Source: a virus
Lineage: Duplodnaviria; Caudoviricetes
DNA: 27,270 nucleotides
Virus record (IMG/VR): IMGVR_UViG_3300010359_000066
Coordinates: 1-27,270 of that record
Reading direction: 5' to 3' (one strand)
Shown here: piece after piece, positions 1 to 9,500 of the stretch
How the letters are laid out: the number at the start of each line of letters is the position of its first letter
Position numbering within the stretch: position 1 is the stretch's first letter
Notes under the pieces: model-generated
What the model saw: only the letters and a program-made list of their open reading frames with translations
Databases searched by the model: none
Told to the model about the DNA's origin: nothing
Translations under genes and position numbers: made by a program

Positions 1-984
1 CAGGGCCAGGCGGCGTACATGACCGCCTACCCCGCGTTCAAGAAGACCACCCCACCCGGGGTGCTGCCGGGGCTACCGGCCATGCCGTACGGCACCGACG
101 GCAGAGAGCAGAACGCGAAGGCCTCCACGATCGAGCCAGGCAAGTTGTTTCCGTTCGACGTCAATCCGATCGACCAGCCCCGTTCGGGCGCCGACGCCGA
201 CAAGCTGATCGGGCAGATCCGGGAGATGCTCGAGTGGGCGCTGCCGAGCGTGGTCCAGGGCATGGTCGGCCAGGACCAGTCGGGGTACGCGCTGAACCAG
301 GCGGCGTATCTGGCGCGGCTGGGCTGGGATCCGATCGTCTCGAACGCCGAGGTCGCCCTGGGCGATCGGACCGGCTTCGAATCCTGGCTGATCGAGTCGC
401 GGCTCGGCGAGAAGGTCTACGCCTGGGGTGAGATCGAGGCCAAACGCGGGAAGAAGATGATCGGCGGCCAGACCAAGGCGACCTGGCTCGGCATCGGCCC
501 CGAGGATCTCAAGGGGGTACATCGCTACGAGGCCAAGCTCTCACCGTCCACCCCGTCCAACGAGATCATCGAAACCAGGGCCATCGGCGAGAAGATGCAG
601 TTGAAGCTGATCAGCTACGAGGACGCCGTCGAACGGGCGGGTTCGAACCCGGACGAGGTCGAGAAGTCGTGGTTGCTGCACGACCTGAAGAACTCCCAGG
701 AGATCCAGGGCGAACTCAAGAACGCGATCCTCCAGAAGGTGGCGACGATCCGCTCGCAGGCCGCGCAGGCGGCCGGGGTGCCACCTGAGGTGCTGAATCC
801 GGGTGCCACGGGCGTACCCGGTGGGACTCCGGGTGCTCCCCCGACACCCGGTCCAGGCGGGATGCCCGGCAACCCCGTGCCGTCTCCAGGGCAGGGGCTG
901 CCTATGGGTCCGCCAGGCGCGGCGCCCGGTACACCCGTCGTACCGGGGCCGCCGCCAGGCGCCATGCCGATGCCAGGAGGCTAG
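1..984 (+). CDS. Portal protein, C-terminal part (5' truncated by window)
   Basis: Frame open from base 1. Helical region with SGYALNQ...IVSNAE and a crown-like segment (LISYEDAVERAGSNPDEV) followed by a disordered Pro/Gly tail, typical of podovirus-type portals. Lies upstream of the head genes. Confidence 0.65.
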   Translation, partial: QGQAAYMTAYPAFKKTTPPGVLPGLPAMPYGTDGREQNAKASTIEPGKLFPFDVNPIDQPRSGADADKLIGQIREMLEWALPSVVQGMVGQDQSGYALNQAAYLARLGWDPIVSNAEVALGDRTGFESWLIESRLGEKVYAWGEIEAKRGKKMIGGQTKATWLGIGPEDLKGVHRYEAKLSPSTPSNEIIETRAIGEKMQLKLISYEDAVERAGSNPDEVEKSWLLHDLKNSQEIQGELKNAILQKVATIRSQAAQAAGVPPEVLNPGATGVPGGTPGAPPTPGPGGMPGNPVPSPGQGLPMGPPGAAPGTPVVPGPPPGAMPMPGG

Positions 985-2070
985 ATGCCGGGACCAGCCA
1001 ACATGATGGACGAGGTCGCGACAGACCTCGCCGCGTGGATCGACAAGACCGCCAGCGAGGTGGCGCTGGCGTTCGCGCCCGGCCGCGCCCCGTTCTCGGC
1101 GAACATCACCGAGGACCAGAAGCTTCAGTACTACCGCAGCCAGCTTTTCAACCCCGACGGCTCGCCCAACGTCCAGGGCCGCACGGCGCAGCTTCAGCGC
1201 CTGGGCGTTGAGGGATTCGGGCTGGTCTACAAGGCGATCATCAAGCGTTGGCCCGAGTTGAAGATCCCTGCGCCGCCTTCGATCGAAGTTCCGAGCGAAT
1301 GGCCTCGACCAGCGCCTGGAGGTCCGCCACCTGGCCCCCCATCTCCAGCAGGAGCGCCTCCAGGGCCACCACCCGGCCCTCCAGTCGGTCCGCCACCTCC
1401 GGCAGGCCCCCCAGGGCCGCCTGGTTCACGTCCGGGTCCACCACTACTTCCACCCAACACTCCTCCTATGCCACCGGTACGGGCGATGGCAACGGGTGGC
1501 GTCGTCACCGAGCCAACGCTGGCCCTGATCGGCGAGGCTGGTCCCGAGGCGGTCGTGCCACTACGCGACTACCAACCGACACCCTATCAGCCGCCTCAGC
1601 CCACGGTGGAGCAGTCATTGCGAAATCTTGGCACCGGCTTCGCGCCGGGGCAGCAGCCACCCGAGCAAGGCGAGATCCAGGCGTACATCGACCAGGCCGC
1701 CAGGGCGCGTGGCATCGACCCCGCCACAGCAATGTCGGTGGCGTACTTCGAGGGTGGTCGCGACCCGGCCAACCCCAACCAAGCCGCGTTCACCGACCCG
1801 AACGTGCGCGGCAGCTTCAACACTGGCTCGTCGTGGTGGCCGTTCCAGCTTCACTACGGCGGCCCAGGCTACGAGCAGTACGGTACCGCCGCTGGCCTGG
1901 GCAACGAGTTCACGCGCCAGACGGGCTATCAGCCGGGCGACCCTGCGGCGTGGAAGGCGTCGGTGGACTTCGCCCTGGACAATGCGCTCAAGGGTGGCTG
2001 GAGCCAGTGGTATGGCTCTCGTCCCGCAGGCGTAAGCAACTGGCAGGGTTTGCCACCGAGGAGTGCCTGA
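985..2070 (+). CDS. Probable virion/ejection protein: N-terminal domain, Pro-rich linker, ATGGVV..GEAGPEAVVPL motif, C-terminal lysozyme-like (transglycosylase) domain
   Basis: GGAGG RBS just before ATG 985. C-terminus IDQAARARGIDPATAMSVAYFEGG...PFQL...GWSQWY resembles the lysozyme/SLT fold with a catalytic Glu. Confidence 0.7.
   Translation: MPGPANMMDEVATDLAAWIDKTASEVALAFAPGRAPFSANITEDQKLQYYRSQLFNPDGSPNVQGRTAQLQRLGVEGFGLVYKAIIKRWPELKIPAPPSIEVPSEWPRPAPGGPPPGPPSPAGAPPGPPPGPPVGPPPPAGPPGPPGSRPGPPLLPPNTPPMPPVRAMATGGVVTEPTLALIGEAGPEAVVPLRDYQPTPYQPPQPTVEQSLRNLGTGFAPGQQPPEQGEIQAYIDQAARARGIDPATAMSVAYFEGGRDPANPNQAAFTDPNVRGSFNTGSSWWPFQLHYGGPGYEQYGTAAGLGNEFTRQTGYQPGDPAAWKASVDFALDNALKGGWSQWYGSRPAGVSNWQGLPPRSA
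1241..1453 (-). CDS. Nested antisense gene: 70-aa coiled-coil protein
   Basis: AGGAGGAG RBS (complement of 1460-1467) 6 nt before GTG. Ten consecutive heptad core positions are hydrophobic (L,V,L,L,M,V,L,V,I,L). Contains RVVALE. Confidence 0.6.
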   Translation of the reverse strand: MEVVVDPDVNQAALGGLPEVADRLEGRVVALEALLLEMGGQVADLQALVEAIRSELRSKAAQGSSTRANA

Positions 2071-2071
2071 G

Positions 2072-3568
2072 ATGACGACGTACGACTACGCGAACTTCAC
2101 TGCTTCGGGCGACGCACGGGCGTGGGCCAAGCAGATGGCCGACCAGGCCTTCCAGCAGGCGCAGATGCAGGGCATGAGTGGCAATCTGGCCCTGGACCAG
2201 GCGAAGTTCGCCTGGCAGAAGGTCATGGACACCGCCGGGCTGACCGGCAAGTTCGAAGACAACTGGACCTTCCCGGCCAACCAGTGGTTCACCTCCCAGT
2301 TCGGGGAGTGGATGCCCAACGGTCCCACTGCTGGCCAGCAGACGATGGCTCGCGAGCAGCAGACGTACGAGCAGCAGCAGGGCTACGGCTCGCTCTACGG
2401 GCAGTACTACGCGCCTGGCACGGCACCCTCCCAGGGCCAGCAGACCCTCTCGGCCCAGGATCTGGCGATGCGGAATGCCCTCGGCGCCGCTGGGGTGACC
2501 GGCTACTACGTGGCGCCGGGGAGCGCGGCGGGTGCCCAGGGTGTGCAGACACTCCAGGGCCAGAACCAGCAGTTCCAGCAGGGCCTCCAGACGCAGCAGG
2601 AGCAACGCGCCGCGCAAGCGCAGGGGCAGTCGCAGGCGATGCAGTACCTTCAGCTACTGTCGAACCTGCGCGGACCCGCCGACTGGGCCAAGTACCAGCA
2701 GGTGCTCGGCTCCACGCCCGGTGGCATGCGCGATCTGGTTGGCGCCGCCATGGGCCAGTACGTGCCTGGCGGTGGCGCCACCACAGGCATGGCGCCGCAG
2801 GCCGTCAGCCTTCAGAGCATGATGGGCGACGTCAGTGGCAACCCGTACTACGGCCAGGGCGGTGGTCAGTTGCTCACGCCCAACGTGTACGGCCAGAACT
2901 CGCAGGGCATGTACACCCAGCAGTACCAGCCGAGCCAGCAGACAATCGCGGGGTACCAGCAGGCTGCCACTCAGGCCTACCAGCCCCAGCAGCAGTGGGC
3001 GCAGCCGGGCGGCCAGATCTCTCAGGAAGGCATGTGGGGCGGCCCGAAGAGTGGTGCCGCCTGGGACCAGTACAGCGCTGCCCAGCAGCAACGCCAGGCG
3101 CAGATGCCGCAGATGCAGACGCAGACCAGCGGCGGCCTGGGCATGGGCAGCTTCGGTGCCGCGCAACCGGCGCAGATGTTCAGCGGCCAGCAGCCGTCGC
3201 AGTACCAGGGCGGTCAGCCGGCCCAGTATCAGAATGAGCAGTGGGCCAGCGGCGCGTATCGCGGCGGCACTGGCGGCCTCGGGATGGGCAACATGGGCGG
3301 CCAGACCTGGGGCAGCGGCATCGGCGTCGGGCAGCAGCAGCCCACGCCGCAGCAGCAGCAGCAGGGCCTTGGCAACGGCACCAACCTGCCAGCGCCGAAC
3401 CAGATCTCGGCCCAGGGCTGGAAGAACATGCAGCCGTCGCAGCAGCAGATGCTGCTCGGCATGTACGAGGCCCAGGGCTGGGACAAGGGCGACGTGCAGT
3501 CGCTCTACAACCAGAGCCTGCCGAAGTACGCCACCAACTCGCCGACCGCTGGCACCTGGCGAATGTAA
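2072..3568 (+). CDS. Gln/Gly-rich low-complexity protein, probable DNA ejection/pilot protein
   Basis: GAGGAG at 2058-2063 favours ATG 2072 over GTG 2063. High GC3, Q/G/A/M/Y-rich, very few charged residues, located between other ejection-type genes. Confidence 0.6.
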   Translation: MTTYDYANFTASGDARAWAKQMADQAFQQAQMQGMSGNLALDQAKFAWQKVMDTAGLTGKFEDNWTFPANQWFTSQFGEWMPNGPTAGQQTMAREQQTYEQQQGYGSLYGQYYAPGTAPSQGQQTLSAQDLAMRNALGAAGVTGYYVAPGSAAGAQGVQTLQGQNQQFQQGLQTQQEQRAAQAQGQSQAMQYLQLLSNLRGPADWAKYQQVLGSTPGGMRDLVGAAMGQYVPGGGATTGMAPQAVSLQSMMGDVSGNPYYGQGGGQLLTPNVYGQNSQGMYTQQYQPSQQTIAGYQQAATQAYQPQQQWAQPGGQISQEGMWGGPKSGAAWDQYSAAQQQRQAQMPQMQTQTSGGLGMGSFGAAQPAQMFSGQQPSQYQGGQPAQYQNEQWASGAYRGGTGGLGMGNMGGQTWGSGIGVGQQQPTPQQQQQGLGNGTNLPAPNQISAQGWKNMQPSQQQMLLGMYEAQGWDKGDVQSLYNQSLPKYATNSPTAGTWRM

Positions 3569-3571
3569 GCC

Positions 3572-6500
3572 ATGACGATGCTGCCGGACATCGACCAGAC
3601 GTCGTGGGACGAGTACGAGAAGCAAGAGCTTCAGCGGCAGCTTGAGCAGAAGCAGCAGGGCTTCACCCTGCAAAGCATGATCGGTGAGAAGGTCGCCGGT
3701 CTCCAGAGCCTGGTGGGCGGCGGCGCTGGTGCGGAACAACAGGCCGTCGCTCCACCACCTCCCCCCGCGCCCGAGCCGGCTCCCGAACCGTCCGTTTCCC
3801 AGGCGCCTCCCGAGCCGGCTCCGGCACCTCCCCCGCCGCCACCTCCGCCTGCACCTCCCGCGCCCGTGAACAACCAGCAGGACTGGATGGCCCAGGCGAT
3901 AAGTGCCGTGGGCCGCGCCGGGGGCGACGTGCAGCAGTTCGCGTCCAACCTGGGCAGCGGCACCGGCGACATGGTTGCTGGTGCGATCAGCGCTGCCGGC
4001 AAGGCCGGCGCGGACGTGCAGCAATTCGCAGCGAATTTACCTACCCTACCAGCGCCACCTCCGCCGCCACCGACCCCAAGGGTGCCCACGCCGTCACCAC
4101 CTCCTGTTGCACTCCAATCTGACGGCGCGGCGGGTGGTGGCAGCCTTCAGGACTACGCTCGCCAGGCCGCGCAGCGGGTCGGCATTGACCCCGACATCTT
4201 CACCCGTCAAATCCAGCAGGAGTCGGGTTTCAACCCGAACGCCAAGTCGCCGGCCGGGGCCACGGGCATCGCCCAGTTCATGCCGGGCACCGCCCAGGGC
4301 ATGGGCATCGACCCGTCCGATCCGTACGCCGCCCTGGACGCGGCGGCGAAGCTGGATCGCCAGAATCTCGAGAAGTACGGCGACTACCGCTCGGCCCTCG
4401 CGGCGTACAACGCCGGCGGCGGCAACGTGGACAAGTACGGCGGGGTGCCGCCGTTCGAAGAGACCCAGCGCTACGTCCAGAACATCCTGGGCGGCGCAGG
4501 AGGCGCCATTGGCAGCGCCGCCTCCGCCGCTGGTGGGGCGATCGGCGGGGCGGTTTCGGGCGCCGTCTCCGCCGGCCGCCAGGCCGTCACGGACATCTCC
4601 CAGTTCGGCGATAAACAGTTGAACAACGACGAGGCGTACGCCGCGTGTGGACCCGCCGCAGCGGTGCGCTTCGCTTCCATGTACGGCCGCAACCCGAGCC
4701 TGCGCGAGGCGGTGGACCTGGCCAAGCAGGTGGGCTGGACGGCCGCCAACGGCATGGCCGGTCTCGCCTCCGAGAAGAACTTGATGGACAAGCTCGGCGT
4801 CGCCACCAAGATGGTCAGCGGCGGCAACTGGGATCTGTTCGCCAAGGAGGCGCAGAGCGGCAACCCCGTCACCATCTCGACGCCTGGCCACTACTTCTTT
4901 GCCGACGGCTACGACCCGCAGAGCGGCGCGTTCCACGTCGGCCGCAGCGGCTCGGACCTGCGCCAGGGCAGCGAGTGGATGACCCCCGCACAGATGACTG
5001 CGGTGATGGGGCCAGTCCAGGGCGGCCTGCTCGCCGACAACCCGCAGGTGCCGCAGCCGTCGATCGCCGATCAGGACACCAACCCGCTCGGCTACCTGGG
5101 CCGCCTCAAGGACTCCATCACCAGTGGCATCGGCGGTGCCGCGTCCGGCGTCGGCAGCTTCATCGGCAGCAATGTGGGCCAGACCGCCAGCGACCTGGGC
5201 CTGGGAGCGCGGGGCATCGCCGACGCCCTGGGCGGCATGGCCAAGACGCAGGGCGACCAGTTCGCCTCCGACGCCGACGCCGTGCGGCGGCTCAACGACA
5301 CGATCATGGCCACCCCGCCCGGCCAGCCGCTGGAGACAGCTCTCCGGGGCATCGAGGGGCGGCTCCGCGACCTGAACCTGCCGACCACGCCGACGGACCT
5401 GTGGACCCGCGCAGAGGAACCCACGGGCGCCGTCGCCGAGGGGCCGGGCCTGGCAGCGCTCGGACGCGGGTTCAGCGCCCTGGGCACGGGCGTGAAGGCA
5501 CTCACCGACGTCACCCAGGAGATCAGCCCTGGCACCGCCCTGGGCCGCATGCAGGCGGGTGAGGAAGCGCTGCTCTGGTCCGACCCCTCGGCTCGAGCCG
5601 TGATGCTCGCCAACGGGATGTCGCCGGATATGTCGATGGGGGAGTCGGCGCGAGCGCAGATCAGCATGTCGCCGACCGATCGCGCCATCCTCGGTCAGGC
5701 CAGGGCCGACATCCGCGCCCAGGGGCCAGAGGCGGTGTCGTCGGCGGCGTTCGGCGAAGGCACCCGCCGCGAGGAGTACGAGAACCAGTACAACACGCTG
5801 CTCGGCCTGGCGTCGATGGGCATCGCCCCCGAAGGCCTGGCCAGCGGCGCCGGCCGCTTCGCTGCCAGCCTGGCGGTGGACCCTGGCAGCGCCCCCTTCG
5901 CCGCCCTGGGCGCGATCCCCGATGCGCTGCGAATAGTTCGTGGTGCTGCGCCCCAAGCGGGTGAGGCGGCGCGTCTGGTGGAGCGCGGGGCGAACTACCT
6001 GCCAGGGACGCCGGAGTTCAACTTCGAGCAGGCCGCCCAGGCCTCGCGCGATGCCGCCGCCGACGGGCTGACGCATCTCGATCTCCACAACATGCCCGGC
6101 TCGCCCTTCACCCTGACCGGCGGCAAGGGCACACTCAAGACGAACCCCGGCGGCGCCCCGACGCAGGATGCGCTGCGCGAGCTTCTCGACGCCAACCTGC
6201 ACAACAAGGACTTCTACGTGGACCAGGCCGACGACGCCGAGCGGCTGGTCGGCGACAACAAGGCGGAGTGGTTCAGCCTGAACGCGATCAACTCCCCGCT
6301 GACGAAGGTGGAGCGTCAACTGGAGGAGTCGATCAACGCGATGGGTCTGGTGCGCGAGGAGGCGGCGAAGGCTCGTGCCGCTGGGCAGGACGAGCAGCAG
6401 GCGATCCTCAACGCGGTCCGCGACAAGGACCGCCTCAGCCTTGCCAGCACGACTGCGCCGAACAAACGCGCCGATATCGAAGAGTCGTATCTGACGGGAC

Positions 6501-9500
6501 GCTCAGAGGTGACGGGGGCGCCGAAGACGTCCTCGTTCGCAGGCAACTACACCTCCGCTGGTGAGCGGGTGTTCGATCCGCGCATCACCAGCGACGTACA
6601 TAACTGGCGCCTGTTCAACGTTTCTGATGACACCAAACGGGTGGTTCGCAAAGGTAAGGAAATCATCGAACGGCCCTGGGAAAAGAACGCCGCCAATAAC
6701 GACACCGCGTACCGGTTTGTGGAGGCCTCACTCAATGACCTCGCGCGTGAGAAGGGCCTGGAGGGGCATCAGGTCCAGTCCGCCCTATGGAGCGGCATGC
6801 GCGGTCTGCAAAGCGACCCGGAGGCGTACGCCTTATGGAAGGCCGGCAAGTTCTCAGACGCCGTGCGGATGGGCCGCGAGCGGAGCCTGTTCAACCTGCC
6901 AGGCGCGGGTGAGATCGAGGTCGCCATGCAGGCGCCAGGCGTCCAGAAAGCGCTCGCGCGGTACGGCCACCTGCTGAAAGACCCGCCGCCGCTCCAGGGC
7001 TTCGGCATGACGCGGGAGTACCCCGGCTTCGGCGCTGGCAAGCCCAAGGCCCGACCGGCGCGTCCGTCAGGTGCCGCGTTCCGCACCGCCGAACGCGCTG
7101 TTGCGGAGGCCGGTGCGCCGGTCGTGCAGGGCTTGAGTGGTGACGTGGTCCGCGCCCTGGGCACCACACCCGAAGGCATCATCCCGTGGCTCGGCGCCGC
7201 GCACCGCGTGGAGGAAGTGGCGCCCGGTCAGTTCGCGATCCACCTCCCCTCCGGCAACAGTCAGACGGCGCGGTACGTCGCCTCGCTGATTGGCGACGCC
7301 ACCGGTGCTGACTCGGTGCCGATCCACATTCCGAATTTCCGCGCTCCGGACATCGGCGGTTTCAGCGTCGTGGCGGACCCGGAGGCCATCGCCGCCTTTC
7401 GCACGGAGCTTGACGCACAGGGCGTCCCGTACCTCCGTGGGACTACAGGAGCCTCCGTACAGATCCCCCTGAAAGCGGGGTTGGACGGCACCGAAGAGGG
7501 TATAGTTCAGGCGGCGCAGCGAGCCGGTTTGCCGCTGGAGTCGCTGAATCACTACGCGGGAGCAACCGTCAATGCCGTATCCGGAGAGTACACGTCAACG
7601 CTTGGCGAGCTTGGGCCTACCTTTGGACCCGCTACCGCCGAGCGATCCGATCTACAGCAACGGGCTATTAGTCGGCTTCGGGAACTCGGCGCCGGCCGAC
7701 CAGGCAGCTACGCCGGAGACACCAGCCGCATCGCCGCTCCCGACCTATCAGGCGGGGCAGTATCAGGTGCCGACCTCGGAGGGAACCTCGCCTCCGTCAT
7801 CGCTCGAGGAGCAGGCGAAGGCCTGAGATCCGACCTCGCCCGAGGTGCCATCACTGGTGGTATCTCGGGCGGGTATGCCGCCGCCCAACAGCCTGGCGCC
7901 AGCCCTGAGGACATCGCCCTCGGCGCCCTGACCGGCGCCTCCGCTGGCGCCGTACGCGGCGGCCTTACCAGCGCCATCCCGAGCCTGGACACCGCCCGTC
8001 TTGGGCACCTGGCCAACATCATCGGTCGGGACGGTCGGCAGCTTACGAACGAGGACGGCAAGCTCCTCGGCAAGCCCACGCCGCTGGACGAAAAGCTGTG
8101 GATCCCCGGTCGGCCCGAGCCTGGCGCCGACCTGGCCAAGCTGGTTAGCCCGGCCGGCAACCTGCTGAGCACCGTCGGTACCGGCACCACCGAGGCTGGC
8201 ACCGAGGCGACGGGTATCGCTCGGACCCTGCTCGGCGCGGAGCCGTGGACGTACACGCCGCCCGAGGACGTCACCAAGTCGCTGCCCAACCTGATGCACA
8301 TGGCCAACGGCATGCCCGACGTGCAGGCTTCCCTGGCACGGACGAGCGAGGAGTCGAAGGCCCTGATGCAGAAGTACCGCCAGGGCACCATCACCCACGA
8401 CGACCTGATCCAGATGGCCGCCGAGAGTGTCGGCATGACCGCTGACGACTTCCGCAAGACCGAGGTCGGCAAGGCCTTCCGTCCCGAGGAACTGCTCGCC
8501 CTGCGGGGTGCGGTGGCGAAGTCCACCGACGACTGGCTGCGCACCGCTCGCGAGATCCAACAGCAGGGCGGCGTCGAGAAGCTGAGTCCCGAGCAGAAGG
8601 TCAACGCGATGCGCCAGATGCTGGACGCGGCGCAGCTTCAGGCGGTGGGTGTCGGCGGCGCCAGCACCGCTGCGCGAACACTGAACCAGCAGCGCATCAA
8701 CGTCACCCGCATGCTGATGGAGCAGTTGACCAAGGGCACCGAACTGAAGTCCGCCACTGCGGCGCTCACCGAGGCTCGGGCACGTGAAGCCTGGGCCAGC
8801 GCCAAGTTGGGCATCAAGCCGCGCCAGGGCCTCGAGGCGCGGGTCGGTCCGTCGCCGGCGGGGGATGCGATCCGTGGCCAGGCCAAGACCGCCGCCGAGG
8901 CGTACCAGGCGCGGCTGGACGCCGCCAGGGCTGACCTTCGCGCCCAGGGCCGCTACGACGAGAAGAACTGGAACGCTCGCCTGGCGGAACTGGAAGACAA
9001 GGCGAACATCTCTCGAGACGCCGGGATGAAGCAGGCGGTCCAGGCCGAACGCGCCAGGGTGAACGGCAGCTACGACAACTACATCGACGCCGTGAAGGCC
9101 GAGCTTCAGGCGCAGGACAACTTCGACCAGAAGACCTGGGACGCAACGCTGGCCAAGCTGGACAAGCAACACCAGAGCATGCAGGAACGCGGGTCGATGT
9201 GGAACCGCCGCGACGTCACCACGCCCGAGGGGCAGACGGCCTGGTTGCAGGGCATGGCGAACAACGCTCGCGAGGACGCCAAGGCGGAGAACAATCGCGC
9301 CATCGCCGCCTGGAACCGCCAGCTACGCGACGCCGAGACGCAGCGGAACATCGCCAACCGCATCCTCGGCCGTCTTGGTGGCGAGAAGGTCACCGACGAG
9401 ATGCTCAAGGGCATGATCGAGGCGATGGGCAGCGGCGACACGATGCAGATGGCCAAGTACCTCCAGGGTCTCAAGAAGGTCGGCTGGTGGGACCGCATCG

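Noticed and set aside
982-987. In-frame TAG-ATG junction between portal and next gene, suggesting amber recoding or readthrough
   Set aside because: A GGAGG RBS precedes the ATG; TAG also ends the giant and capsid genes cleanly; long ORFs are not broken by TAG, so the standard code fits
3663-3854. Antisense ORF under the Pro-rich N-terminal linker of the giant protein, same geometry as 1241-1453
   Set aside because: No amphipathic or heptad pattern, R/P-rich tail, RBS abuts the start; explained by Pro/Ala codons
6561-6977. +1 frame ORF over the low-GC3 glycosylase-like region
   Set aside because: S/R/T/P/C-rich shadow composition and no RBS; the host frame carries the conserved motifs
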